A stretch of DNA of 64,000 nucleotides, from contig OZ024743.1 in the NCBI GenBank assembly GCA_964016885.1, positions 361,460,001 to 361,524,000 on the forward strand, read 5' to 3'. This DNA comes from Eledone cirrhosa (lineage: Eukaryota). The position numbers and the translations under genes are program-made. Below the pieces are notes generated by a model. It had not been told where the DNA came from, searched no databases, and was given only the letters and a program-made list of their open reading frames with translations. Each line of letters opens with the position of its first letter. Position 1 is the stretch's first letter. This document shows, piece after piece, positions 24,101 through 37,827 of the stretch.

Positions 24101-27040
24101 CTCGTCTATGAAGCTTATCGAGGTCAAGCACACAGATCACGAATTTGTGGTCCGCTTAGCTGACTATCTTGAATGGTGGACAGCCTATGCTAGACCTGTA
24201 TATTTCCCTACAAAATACTCTATCTAGATATGATCTGGATGATCCCATGCGATTTGTCCAAGTCCACATTGGCACATTCGGGAAATCCAATCGGTACCTG
24301 TCAGACAGTTCAAAACGCCTGAGAAAGTTGATGAGGGTCTTTCACCCTTCTCCCCTATCCGCTGATCCCTCACAATCCCAGCGTGCATCTAAGATCCCGT
24401 TCCAGTCGCCCACTAACACTAACGAGCGGGACGTTCCAAGAAAGGTCTCCAGACGCCGGAAGAAATCAGGCCGTCCTGCCCCTTTGGGGCGTAGACGGCC
24501 ACTAGCCTGAAAGCATTGCCTTCGCTGCCGGTCACGTCCAGCACCACCAACTTACCCTCTGGGTCCAGGAAGAAGGCCCGTATGGCGCGCTCCAAAATCT
24601 CAGAAAAAGCACAGCAACTCCACCCCCGAACCTGGACGGCTGGGAGATGCGTACATATCGTAGCCGCCGAAGATCGGTGCGAAGGCCCGTGCTTCGGAGA
24701 TTCTGGTCTCGCTGATGGCCACTGCATCTATGTTTAGTGACCTGAGGTCGTTGAGCAGGTAGCCCTACTTCCATGACGACCCCAAGCCACGCGCATTTAT
24801 GCTGCCTATTCAGAGTGAGGTCATGTTGAAATGGAGTGGAAAAGATGGGAAAGACCACTTACCTTACTTCTCGTAGAGGAAGGATGGTTTCTCCATCGTT
24901 TTCACTGCTTGTGGCCTCCTCCGGAAGGATGTCCTTATAAATCCTCCTGGAGAGTGTTTGTCGGAAGTCTCCGATGTCTTTGGGAAATTTTTGTTTTAGT
25001 GTCGTGTACGTTTTCTGTGTGATGCGAGTGATTTGTATGTGTGGAGGTGGTGTGAACTTTTGGGTTGTGTAGTCTTTTTCTGTGATGCTGGTGTTGTGTT
25101 GGATGTAGTGTAATAATTGGTTGTTGTTCAAATTTAATGCTGTGTTGTGTGTATCGTTTTGGTTGTTTTGTTTTGTTTGTGTTTATTGTGGGTTTGTTTC
25201 TGCTTCGCTTTTTGGTGACTTTTGTGGTGTAGGTGATGGTGGTGTTTGGGTTAATGATGGTGATGGTGTTGATGTTTGTGGTGACGGGGTTGGTGATGCG
25301 TGTGTGGATGGTGGCATATATGTCCTAACTTTTTTGTTTGATAGTTTATTTGTTTCCCTCTGTATTTTGTTTTTGGAGGGGAGGGAAGAGAATTGTTTCT
25401 TTTTTGGTTTCTTTTTTTCTTTTTTCCTGATACCGTTTCACACTCCTTGTCGTCACAATCTGTCTCCAGTTGTGATAGGCCGGGGAGTGGAAAATCCTCC
25501 ACAGGCGTTGGTTTTGGTTGTGGCGTGGTGGATGGTGTAGGCGCTGGTGCTAGTTCTGGCACGTTGGATGGTGGTGGTGTTGGTTTTGCTACTGTTCTGG
25601 GGTTGTTGCTGTTACAGTTGTTTCTGTTGTTGCTGCTACAGTTGTTGCTGCCATCTCTGCTGCTGGTGGTGTTGGTGGTTGAGTCACTGGGGTGGGTAAG
25701 AGAGATGGCCTCAACCTTTTAGCCTGAAGGCAGAAAGCCTTTAGGTGGGTTTCTTCACCACAAACGACACACATAGGCCTTCTGCCCTCGACGATTACGG
25801 TGAGGTGGCTGCCGTCAGTGAGGTCTATTACTTATGGGATCTCCTCAATGCTTTTTTGGTCCGCTTGGATCAGGAGATCCATCCCAGATCCGGACCAGTT
25901 CTCCTGCTTTTCTTTCGCTATTTCGATATTCTTGGTGTTGGCTTCGATGCCGGCGAGGACGGCAGCTATTAGCCAGGGAATTTCGATGGCCGGTGGAACG
26001 TGGGTCACCCTGATCTTCACAAGTCTCTGGCCACAATAGCTTGGGACGATTGTGAAGTCGTCACTTCTTAATGGGGCCATGGAGTGTCCTCTAGCTTCCT
26101 GTGGTGTTTCAAAGAACACGTCCACGGTTCCATACTTCTGCCCACGTCTGATGTGGGTTTTTTTTCCCCCACATGACCCAAAGCTTTTTTGATTTGGGAC
26201 TCGGATGCTCGTTCCACTCGGCGCGATTTTATGTTAATTGTCGATGAGACACGGTGCATATGCACCGATGCTCCATTTTATTAGGGGAGGGAGGCTGACC
26301 CTGTAGCCATCTTTCTTTACCATTTTGGGGGGCTTCTTCTAATTCTTCCTGAGTTACCTGAAATGCTTCTCACTGTTTTGCTACTCTGGCAAAACTCAGG
26401 TTGGTTTTCTTAATTTCATTGTTGTTGTTGTTGTTATCGTTATTTTTGTTATTGTTAATTTTAGTTTCAGTTGTGGTGGTGGTGGCGTCAGTGGTGTTCG
26501 GTGTGGAAGAGGTCATTTTGATTGAATTCATTTCGATATCACGAGTTAATTTATTTTTTTCTTTTGTTTCTGTTGTCGTGGTGGTGGTGGGTGTGGGGGT
26601 TGTCGCGGTGCTGGTGGGGGGTGGGGGGTGTCGCGGTGGTGGTGGTGGTGGTGGCCGCTTTAACAGCTGCAGTCATTGGTAATGGCCGGAAATGAATGTC
26701 TGCCTGAGACAAATTTAAAATATTGCTACTGCTTATATTTTTAGTGTTGGCAAACGTAGTAATATTTACAATTGTGGTGTCGGTGTGAGGTGTTAATTTG
26801 TAGGAAGGAGTGACTCTGAGTCGTCCATCATTTTTCAAAGAAAGATTTTGGTTTGATAATTATAAAAGTTTAAATTTTGGGCTCAAGGCCCCAATCTTTT
26901 TGGGTGTCCTTTTCAGATAACAATGTATGTGCACTTATATAAGTTAACAATAAAAATTTTCCATAAATGGCAATTTTAAGCAACTGAACATAACAAACTT
27001 TGCGGAGCTCACGATGATACGATTTAATACGTTGGTCGCC
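21180..27040 (-). mobile_element. Near full-length Tx1/L1-clade LINE, frameshifted (ORF1 ~26800-24900; ORF2 APE-RT ~24825-21420)
   Basis: ORF1 zinc knuckle CVVCGEETHLKAFC. APE motifs IGSINARGL, FRLVAVYAP, GDWNG, SSRSYLDR and GPGYWKLN. RT motifs NFRPITLLNTEFKILAK, LDQSKAFDRVDH, QGCPLS and AYADD-like. C-terminal CPRC. Confidence 0.92.
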
Positions 27041-27079
27041 AATAATAATATTAATAATAATAATAATAATAATAATGGT

Positions 27080-28720
27080 AATGAAAGACCGAACCAAGGG
27101 TAATGATGTTACCAACTATGTGGAAACTGTTAAGAAGCATTGTGTCTGACGAAATCTACCATCACCTCCACATAAACAACTTGTTACCGGACGAACAGAA
27201 AGGATGCCGAAAGAAGTCCCGTGGTACAAAGGACCAGTTACTTATTGATAAGATGGTAATGAGGAATTGCAGGAGGAGACACACTGGTCTTGCCATGTAA
27301 TGGATAGACTACAAAAAGGCATTCGACATGGTACCTCATTGTTGGATAACCAAAAACATAGAGATCTTCAAGGTGGCAGATAACATCAGACAGTTGTTGA
27401 GAAAAAGTATGAAGTCCTGGATAACAGAGTTAACATCGGGCGGAGAATCCTTGGGCGGCGTGAAGATCAAGAGAGCTATCTTCCAAGGAGATAGTTTGTA
27501 CCCTATGTTGTTTGTCCTTGCCCTGATCTCCCTGACCATTATACTGCGAAAAGTGAGAGCAGGATACAATTTGGGAAAGAGAGAGCTTACCCGCAATCAC
27601 CTCCTCTTCATGGACGATCTTACGCTCTTCGGGTAGAGTGAGAAGGAGTTGGATGTGCTTATTGACACTGTCCGTATTTTCAGCAATGATATATGTATGC
27701 AATTTGGTATTAGTAAGTGTGGAGTCCTTGTGATGAAGAGGGGTAAATTGAGCAGAAACAACGGAATCCAGGTACCAACAGGTGAGATGATAAAGGAAAA
27801 TGATACTGAAGAAGGATACAAATATTTAGGTGTTCTGGAGGCTGATGACATCAAGAACAAAAAAGTGAAGGAATTGATAAGATCTGAATACATTCGGAGA
27901 GTAAGGAGCGTATTAAACTCACATCTGAACAGTAGGAATGCCATAAGTGCAGTAAATTCCCGAGCTGTGTCTATTATTAGGTACAGTGCAGGAATTCTGA
28001 GATGGAATGTTGCTGAACAAAAAGAAATGGATAGGAAGACTAGGAAGCTATTGACTATCTACAACATGTTCCAGAAGAGGGGTGATGTCGATAGACTCTA
28101 CTTAAAGAGATCTGAAGGTGGAAGAGGTCTTATCAGCATAGAGGACTGTGTTCAGATGGTGAAAAACAACTTACACAAATACGTGACTGATAGCAGGGAG
28201 CCAATGCTCAGAATTGTACTGAAGGAGAGGACAATAGACCAGGGGATATCCAGGGAGGAAATAACAACAAGGGGAAAGAGCAACCTTCATGAAAAATCCC
28301 TTCATAGTGCTTTCTTTGAGAAAACTGAATTTAGAGATCCACAGACATGGAACTGGTTGAAAAGAGGAGACCTTAAAAAGGCTACAGAAGGAATGCTAAT
28401 GGTTGCGCAAGAGCAGGCCCTCAAAACGAAGTGGCTGAAACACCATATTTACAATGAGGAGGCTAACCCACTGTGTAGGATCTGTGGAGAGAAAGAGGAG
28501 ACTGTGGCTCACATTGTATCCGAGTGTAAACACCTAGCCCAGACTCACTATAAAAGCTGGAGACATGATGTGATGGGCAGGGTGATCCACTGGCACCTAT
28601 GCAAAGTAAACAATTTACCACATTCTGAGAAGTGGTATGAGCATAAACCAGATAAGTGATAGAAAACGATCAGCTGAAGGTGCTGTGGGATTTTAGGATA
28701 CAGACGGACAAGTAACTGGA
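27080..28720 (+). mobile_element. R4/Dong-like non-LTR retrotransposon fragment (RT, CCHC, start of RLE region)
   Basis: EQKGCRKKSRGTKDQLLID, WIDYKKAFDMVPH, IFQGDSL, HLLFMDDL, YKYLG, CRICGEKEETVAHIVSEC, RHD, KWYEHKP and LWDFRIQTD. Confidence 0.88.
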
Positions 28721-28759
28721 GAGGAGACAGAGATCTCCTGAAAAAGAACTCCATAGATC

Positions 28760-30165
28760 TCGTCATGTACTATCGTTACGTAGACGATATTAATATAGTA
28801 ATAAGAACCCCCCCCCCATAAGAGAGTATTAATAAACATGAATTAGAAAACAGCACAATGGAGAGCATCCAGCATATAGCTAACTACATACACCAGAGTA
28901 TAACTATAACTGTTGACTACCCATCCAAACACCCTAAGAATAGACTACCAGTATTAGACACGGAACTCTGGATTAACACTCTAGACGAGAGGGCCCAAAT
29001 TCTCCACTCACACTATGCCAAACCCATGGCCTTCAAAAACTCAGCAACGTCCAATAGTGCTAAGCTTAATATTCTGATCGCAGACTTGGTAAATGTGATG
29101 AATAATATGTCCCCCATGTGCGACCCAACTGAAATTGAAAGACACATCCAACACCTGATCAATCGCATGTAGTCCTCTGGCTACAACCAAAGAGACAGAA
29201 TCATAGTATACAAAGGAGCCACGGAGAAATATAAGACCCTCATAGAAATGGACGTGAAAGGAATCTGCCCATTCTACATGGAATAGATTAGATATGACTA
29301 AACATAAGATAGGGAAAGCCACTTCATGGTACGACAATCAGAGATACCAGAGTGTCATGTTCGTGGATGCTACCCCTGGAGGTAAATTAGCTAAGCAATA
29401 TAGAAAGGCCCCAAGAAAGAACCATCTAACGATTAAAGTTGTAGAAAAGCCAGGAACTACCATAAAATCCTGATCTGCAAAACATACCCCTGAGAAATGT
29501 GTTACATGTAAAATGAACCCCCAGATAAATTGTAAAACTAAAAATGTCTATCGCATAAGATGTACAGAGGGTACTTGCAGAAACATGACAACGACATACA
29601 TAGGCGAGAAAGCTCGAAGCATAGCAGAAAGAATATATCAACACTTGGGGTAACTCAAAGGACAAAAACAAACGGTTCAGTACTATATGAATACACCAGA
29701 CAAGGTCATGATGGTAATATAGACAACATAGAAATTAAAATAATATCTAAGCATAGAAATGACTCTACAGGTAGGCAAATCAGAGAAGCAACTGAAATAG
29801 AACTAAGAAGACCAAAGTTAAATAGAACTAATGAATGGAATAACAACAACAACCAAACCCAAACAAACTATACTGAGTTAAGGGAAATATGACTAAATAA
29901 ATAAATAAAAATATATATTCACAAGTACAACAACAACAAATACAGACTAGTGAACAAAGATAGAATACAAAAACAAAAGCACATACACTCAAACGCGAAC
30001 ACACATACCAAACATTATACACACATGCAAACGCATGCGTAGAGACAAGAAGAAATAAATAAATAAATAAAATATAAATGGCGTAGACATTATAATACAA
30101 TATGAGGGAACAATAGTACAACTGATGATGTTGCAGATGTGCAACGAAAGAACTTTGATAGCTTG
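28760..30165 (+). mobile_element. Penelope-like element (second family), 3' half with GIY-YIG and 3' UTR
   Basis: YYRYVDDINI, DYPSKHPKNRLPVLD, YIGE..RSIAER and RQIREATEIELRRPKLNRTNEW. Ends at a hammerhead. Confidence 0.9.
30117..30162 (+). ncRNA. Minimal hammerhead (family 2)
   Basis: CTGATGA-t-gttgca-gatg-tgcaac-GAAA-gaac-TT: perfect 6-bp stem II, weak stem I. Confidence 0.7.
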
Positions 30166-30289
30166 TATATATATATTTATATGTTTATAGTTAGTATTTT
30201 TTCACCCTAGCAAATTTGGTCCTTACGATTCGAACACATGTATGTTTATATTAGTGTTAATCTTTCCCTGTTTATTCAATTATTAATTT

Positions 30290-31756
30290 ATATCTGTATT
30301 TTTAACCGCTGGTCAATCAAGGATAAACAATGATTGCCAAATAAATTAACCTAGGAGATATAAATGATACAGAAGCGAAAACCAACCAAACAGTCATTGT
30401 GTTCTGTTATTATTTCTGGCAATATTACAATAATATCCCTCCCCAACTATAATAATATTTGTTTTGACACACGATCTCATATTTGCATGTTTCTTTCTCC
30501 GGTGTCTTCCCACGATGGGACCTGTTCATCTTTTTTTCTCCTATTTTTTCTCCTCCTTTTTTCTCCCTTTTTTCTCTTCTCTCTTTCTTCCTCTCTCCTC
30601 TTCATTTTCCCGCCTCTGTTCTTCCTCTTTTCCCTCATTTTCCTTTTCTATCTCCAGGTTTTTTCTCTTTTTTTCTCTTTTTTTTCTCTTTTTATTCTCT
30701 TTTTTTTCTCTTTTTTTTCTCTTTTTTTTCTCTATTTTTCTCTCTTTTTTCTCTCTTTTTTCCCTCCTTGCTCTCTCCTTTTCCTCCCGGCCCTTTGATT
30801 AATAAAAAGCCTTGGGCGCTCCCGATCCTACAGATGTCCTGTAATTCAGTGCCGAAACATCTTATCGGGATATTTACAGCTTACGAAGGAAACTCCTTTC
30901 TTTTTTTCTCCTCGTTCCGTCCTAACCACCATCCTAAACCTTGTTTCAATAACCACACATCTTTCGTTTCGTATCAATTTGTATTCGCCGCTGTGACCCT
31001 TTGGTCGATCTGTGTTCCCTCCACACGTTCGTATCAACCCTCCCCTTCTCTCTTCCCTTCTCCTTCCCACTCTTCTTTTTTTTCTCTCTCCCTCCCTCTC
31101 TCTATCCATCCGTTCGGTTTTGATTGTTGACATGTTTACACCCGTCGTAGGGGCTTCTCTGTTCGCAATCTTTTGCGACACGTTTTTACCACCGTCGTAA
31201 AAACACCCTTCTGGATTATTTCCCTTTCCCTTCTCTCCCTCATTTCCGGTTGCTCATGTCTCTCTCACACTCTCTCTTGTCAATGAGATAGTCGACACAA
31301 TTAATACCGGCTCCGAGTCTTAGCTGACCGCCAGGCTTAAATCTCTCTGGTTGGCCACAACTTACTTTCCCTATTTTTCCATGCTTACTCATTTGCACGT
31401 GTCTTTCTCCTGTGTCTTCCCACGATGGGACCTGTTAATCTTTTTTTCTTCTATTTTTTCTCCTTTTTTCTCCCTTTTTTCCCCTTTCCTCCTCTCTCCT
31501 CATCATTTTCCCCTCTCTGTTCTTCATCTTTTCCCTCTTTTTCCTATTTATCTCTTTTTCCTCTCTTTTTTTCTTTCCATTCTCTCTCCTTTTCCTCCTG
31601 GCGTTTTGATTAATAAAAGGCCTTGGGCGCTCCCAATCTCTACAGATGTGCTGTAATTCAGCGCCAAAACATCTGATCGGGATATTTACAGCTGACGAAG
31701 GATTCTCCTTACTTCTTTTCTCCTCTTCTCCGTCCTAACTACCATCCTAAACCTTG

Positions 31757-31805
<49 letters not shown>

Positions 31806-32000
31806 TACATACATATGTATATATATATTGTTATATTTGGGGAGGGGAATATTGCTATAATATTGCCAGAAATAATAATAGAACACACTCACTGTTTGGC
31901 TTGGGTTGGATTTCGTTTCTGTATCATTTATATCTCTATAGTTAATTTATTTGGCAATCAATGTTTATCATTGATTGGCCATCGGTTAAAAATACAGATA
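30290..32000. repeat. CT-rich direct repeats (30478-30945, 31388-31757) bracketed by inverted repeats (30290-30460/31825-32000); a further direct copy at 34968-35160
   Basis: Direct sequence comparison. Confidence 0.85.
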
Positions 32001-32094
32001 TGAATATATACAGTACAGAATTAGATATGAATATATACAGTACAGAATTAGCCGTCGAAACGGCTTGAGCTCAGCCGTCGGGGTCTTACTTACT

Positions 32095-32137
<43 letters not shown>

Positions 32138-32142
<5 letters not shown>

Positions 32143-34960
32143 ATCGAAGTGCTTTCGTCACAATGGTACTATTATGTTAATCAGCAGTGGTACTATTATG
32201 CTTCCTCCCGTTGTATTGTAATGCCTGCGCCATTTTTCTTCAATTTATTTATTTTTACTGTCTCTGACTGCGCATGCATTTGCATGTGTGTTTCCTGTTT
32301 GGTGCGTGTGTTCGTGTTTGAGTGTATGTGATTTTGTATTATATCTTTGTTGACTAGTATGTGTTTATGTGAGTTTGTTCTTATTGTTCTTGTGTGTATA
32401 TTTATTTATTTATTTATTCATGTATATTTAGGCCAGTAATGTTTGTTTGGGTATGGTTGTTGTTGATATTCCATTCGTTTTTTCTGATCAACTTTGGTTT
32501 TCTTAGTTCTATCTCAGTTGCTTCTGTGATTTACCTATCTGTTGAATCATTTCTATGCTTAGATATTATTTTAATTTCAATGTTGTCTATATTACCGCCA
32601 TGTCTTTGTCTGGCGTGTTCATACACTACTGAACCATTTTTGTCCTTTTCGCCCTAGTATTGGTCTATTCTTTCTGCTATGCTTCGCGCTGTCTCGCTTA
32701 TGTATGTCGTTTCATGTTTCTGCAAGTATCCTCTGTACATCTTATGCTATAGATTACATTTCTAGTTTTACAATTTACCTGGGGGTTCATTCTACATATA
32801 ACACATTTCTTATTTGTACAGTCTGTTTTCTTAAAGGGGTATGTCTTGCTGATCAGGGATGTTATTGTAGTTCCTGGCTTTTCTAGCACTTTAATCTTTA
32901 GATGAGTCTTTCTTAGGGCCCTTTCTACATTGCTTAGCTAATTTCCCTCCAAGAAAAGAGACAAGAAAACTTACATGAATAGCCCATCAAGATCGACAAT
33001 ATTTATATTTACCAAAGACTAGACACTAAACATCTATGGTAATATTATAACCAGCGAACAAGAACAACATATTCTACAACTACCACCAAAGTTCACTATA
33101 TATAATAATGTAAACTCGGTACGATGCTTATTGGAGAATGAAAAGTGCTTCACCAAAATACGTTGGAACGCGAACATAAATAACAACAATACGAGCAACA
33201 ATAATAATAATAACAACGAAAGTAATAACATAAACAATAACTTTGACTATAGAAATAACAGCTATAATAATAATAGTCATAACAATAACAATAGCAGAAG
33301 AGTTGGAAATAGTAATAACATTAGAAATAGCAAGAACAGCAACGATATTGATAACAATAACGATAACAATAGGTAGAACAACAAAAACAATAACTATAGT
33401 AATAAAATAAACGTAACAATACAGATAACAACCACAATGGTAGATATAGCAGTAACAACAACAATATATTTAACAACCATAACAGATATAATAATAATGT
33501 TAACAGTAGGAACAACCACAGCCATAATGTCAATAATATTAGTACACACAACTATAATGGTAGATTTAATGACAACCCCTTAGAGAATCTGTTCTTCAAC
33601 CCAGCTGACAAAACATACAAGATGAACGAAGGTTATCCCACTAAATTACCTTTTAATAAAAGAGTTTGTATACAACATCAAATAGATGACCAAACAGAGG
33701 CACAGTTTACCATAGCTAGAAATAAACTTAAGACACTTAGTAGACCAATACACTAAGAGATAAAACAGACCAGAAATTCAACAACTTAGAAGGAAACCTG
33801 TAGAAGCCCTACTTAGCCTCAAGCAGCGCACAAGGGATAGTGAGGTAATGTGTCTACCCATAGATAAATCTGGTAGGATGTCAATAGACAGCATGCCGAA
33901 CTATATCAAGGTTATGCAACCCCACATCATCAACACGAGCAAAACAACACAACAGACACGCGAGGAAAGAGAAAAGATCCTCATGATGATGTGGACCGAC
34001 ATCCTAAAGCCAAGTAGACACACAGCCAACAACTTCCAAGCGTCTAACAACGACATACCACCCGTGTATGGACTCGGCAATGACCATAAAACAACTAACA
34101 ACCCGAAGACAGGACCACCAACAACACCTGTATGCGGAGCCAATATTGCTAGCAACTACAGGATCTCCTACTTCCTTTCTATGGTTATACTCGCCATAAT
34201 TAAGATGTCCCCAGATATATGTGACAGCACAGAGGACCTCCTCAGTAGAATCAATGAATGCAAACTGAAAAGCTTAACTAACTGCATAATAGGCAGTATG
34301 GATGAAATATCTCTCTACCCATCCATTGACATTGATTTTGCTGTTGGAAAATGTGTGGATATAATTAGAGAGAGTGAGGTGGAGTTCTGGCCTCCTACTA
34401 GGACTTACATAATACTGAATACTTTGATAATTATGACCTTAACTTTCTCTGTGCCAATAGATCTATAATAGATAGATCCCCCACCTTAACCTCAATGGCT
34501 AAAAAGACTCCCATAGGAAGATGGAATGGATGGACCAAAGTAATACGGACACCGAAAAACAACGATCAGATGAGAAAACTGTCGCACATGCAGTAGGGGC
34601 TAGTATTAAAACTATCCTAAAGAGCCATATGTTTAAATTTAATGAGAAGATCTACACCCAGAATAAGGGAGCAGTCATTGGCGTCAGCATAGCTAACGAT
34701 GTTGCCAATCTATTTATGATATGGTGGGAAAGGAGACTCAGAGAACTCCTAGAAGAGAACTCCATAGCAAACATGAACACACACACCAAACAGGAAACAC
34801 ACCTGCAAACGCATGCGCAGACAGAGACAGAGACGAGAACAAATAAAAAAATAAATAAATTGAATAAAAATGGCGTAGGCATTACATTACAACGGGAGGA
34901 AACATAATAGTACCACTGATGATGTCACAAATGTGTGACGAAGAATTTTGATAGACTATA
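32138..34960 (+). mobile_element. Penelope-like element (second family) with 5' inverted tail and internal deletion
   Basis: 32138-32950 is an inverted 3' end (CTNKKCVICRMNPQVNCKTRNVIYSIRC on -). 32950-34770 is the N-terminus and RT (PIDKSGRM, SLYPSID, GAVIGVSIANDVANLFMIWWE). 34770-34960 is 3' UTR with an HHR at 34916 (GAAA reduced to GAA). Confidence 0.88.
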
Positions 34961-35199
34961 TATATATTTATATCGGTATTTTTAACCGTTGGCCAAACAA
35001 TGATAAACATTGATTGTCAGATAAATTAACTATGGAGATATAAAAGATACAGAAGCGAAAACCAACCCATACCAAACAGTGAGTGTGTTCTGTTATTATT
35101 TCTGGCAATATTATAACAATATGACCCTCCCTAAATATAACAATATCTGTTTCAACACACGATTTCATATCAAAACCCATGCAAAACAAATATATTTAT

Positions 35200-35663
35200 A
35201 TCTATATATATAAAGTTGTAGTTCCTGTATGTTTGTTTGTTTGTTCACGAACTCCTCCTATGGTTTTGGAGATAGACCCCCATAACCATATATTTTCTGA
35301 AACTACATTACCCAGGGTACTTCGATAAGTATATTTCATTTTAATTAAAGGGATCTACGGGGGCACAAACCCCCGATGACAGTTTTTTTTCCTTCGATTT
35401 ATAGGAAATTTAAATCATAGGTAAATGACAAGATATGATGCCTATTCACAAAATTTCAGCAAATTTGAATAAAATTAAGACACCCTAATGGGGGTTAAAC
35501 CCCTTATAGTGAACATTTTGGCCAAAAAATGGAACAAGATGTGTTGTAATAAGATTGCATGAGAACTTGATTGAAGCAACCATTATATTCGGGGCTTACA
35601 AAGGTCAAGCTCTTCTCATTCCGAGGATCTACTTATACCAAATGATAGCGAGTTGCCTTTTAC

Positions 35664-35665
<2 letters not shown>
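35200..35665 (+). mobile_element. Helitron remnant with PIF1-type helicase fragment
   Basis: 5' TCTATATATATAAAG start. LHENLIEATIIFGAYKGQALLIPRI matches the Helitron helicase segment preceding the QFP motif. Confidence 0.7.
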
Positions 35666-35703
<38 letters not shown>

Positions 35704-36457
35704 CGAAGGAATTGTGGTAAAGAACCAGATGGACCATAACGCACCAATGTACTCAATACTTAGTGTGGGTAATAGGAAAAACATAACCCCGACGGCAGAA
35801 CTCAAGCCGTTTCGACGGCTATTTCTGGACTAAATTAGAATGTTCAGCCTGGTAAATAAATAGCCAAACTTATCAAGGAGTACTTCCTTATATGGGAAGA
35901 TAGTAATTGTCAAGAGGATTGGTCAACATTTGTTATAAAGACAAATAAATCTATCATGGCATTTGGTGGGAGGTAGGGGTGGCTGAATTTGAGATCGATT
36001 GATCATGATGATTGCATATATTAACTAACTGATAGGAGTAAAGCAACGACGTATTATTAGATACATCTCACCGTCTTCCTCAGAAATGAGAATTTCATTG
36101 TTTCTAGTGTATTGAGACTAATAATATTTTAACAAAAACATACGCGACAAAAATGGAAATCTAGTAAATTACACATGAAAGAACTTTTAAGCAAAACCGG
36201 TACAAAATAACAAAAATACCATTTTTGGTGTTAAAAGAAAATGACTGTGTAATATACACGGAACATATAATTATACAACAACAAAAACTATTCTTTTAAA
36301 GGAATATTTTTTGCTGTGTACTATACACGTGACATGTATTTAAAATATAAACACATTAAGAGTTCTTCAAATCTTTATCACTTTTCCTATATAACACGAT
36401 TTGTATAGAAACCCTTAATCTTCCAACAATATTATTTTCTCTCCTTTTCACTCTCGC

Positions 36458-36555
<98 letters not shown>

Positions 36556-36659
36556 TATAAAATATATATATATGTATGTATATATATATATATGTATATA
36601 TGTATATATATATATGTATATATATATACATATATATAAAATATATATATATATGTATG

Positions 36660-36733
<74 letters not shown>

Positions 36734-36779
36734 ATGTCTATGCCAAGAAGTTGAAACTCATAGATAAGTTTGTATAAAC

Positions 36780-37575
36780 AGGCAGCATAGTGAATGAACA
36801 CATTTCCCTTCGAATCATAATGGCAAGTAGTGATGCAATTGGAAAATGGATGGATGTCAAATGGTCTTAGCAAAGTATTTCAAACAACGTTAAAAGTGTA
36901 TAATGCTTGTAATGCTTGTGTTTTGTCTTTGGTGTATGCATCTGAGACTTGGGTCACTTACCGATGACATCTCAAAAGGCTGGAACACTTTCACCAACAG
37001 AGTCTTCCACTTATACAGAGTATCCCCCAGAAAATGTACGTGGGTGACACTGAAGTCCTCTAACGCAGTCGGTCTACCAATATAGAGTCTTTCATATTTA
37101 AGCACCGATTAAGATGGAGGAGTCATGAAGTGAGAATGGATGATAATATCTTCCCAAGGCAGTCCCTGTATGGTGAGCTGCTCAAGGATAAACGACCGGC
37201 CCACAAACTAATATTGAGGAACATTGATTGCGCACTGGGGCAGAGGAAAATATCGGAGAATGACTGGAAGAACCTCGCTTTAGATCTATTTTCGGTGATC
37301 TCTACGTAGGGTGGGCATTGGAAGTCATCGGGGAAGCTATGTACACGAGGGCACTGTCAACTGAGCATTGTATGCCATTTCGGTTTGCGGGGAGTGTGGA
37401 AAAAAGTGTGCTTCAGTTGGTGGACCGAAACGTCATTTGAAAGTGAACCAAAACAGCACTGCAACACCTACTTCTAGAGGACCCTATCGTAGCAACGTCT
37501 GTCCAACAGTGTGTAAGTCCTTCAGGATTGAAAAGCCGCGTCTGTACTGTTCGTGCCTAATTATGAAACGATAGC
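36780..37575 (+). mobile_element. RTE-clade LINE 3' fragment
   Basis: ETWVTY..HLKRLEHFHQ, LRW..H..RMDD...P.Q.LYGEL, and a C-terminal C2H2-like CGECGKKCASVGGPKRH. Confidence 0.75.
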
Positions 37576-37647
37576 ATTCCTCGAAATCGACTTCAACCCA
37601 TTATATATATACATATATTAGTTTAACGCGTGATACAGTAAGAAACA

Positions 37648-37690
37648 AACTTTAACATGTTTCAGGCGTTAGGCCTTCCTCAGAATTTAG
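37648..37690 (-). ncRNA. Minimal hammerhead (family 8)
   Basis: CTGAGGA-aggc-ctaac-gcct-GAAA-catg-TT: canonical core, 4-bp stem II, palindromic ACATGT stem III, weak stem I. Confidence 0.7.
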
Positions 37691-37768
37691 AGTAAATAAG
37701 AAAGACAAGAAGAAATAGACAGACATCTGAGAGAGAAGAGAAGTTATCGGAAACAAATATATGTTCAG

Positions 37769-37827
<59 letters not shown>

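Noticed and set aside
30364-31130. F/L/S-rich ORFs that look like membrane proteins
   Set aside because: Produced by a CT-rich low-complexity tract open in several frames.
33131-33560. Asn-rich ORF
   Set aside because: It is an (AAC/AAT)n expansion inside the PLE N-terminal region and contains stops.
35880-36440. Faint GIY-YIG-like remnants on the minus strand (similar traces at ~6750-7000, 10300-10700, 17300-17600 and 51150-51800)
   Set aside because: Too decayed to call by eye; a translated HMM search would be needed.
37368-37574. C2H2 zinc-finger gene fragment
   Set aside because: It is contiguous with RTE ORF2 motifs, so it is the LINE C-terminus rather than a host gene.
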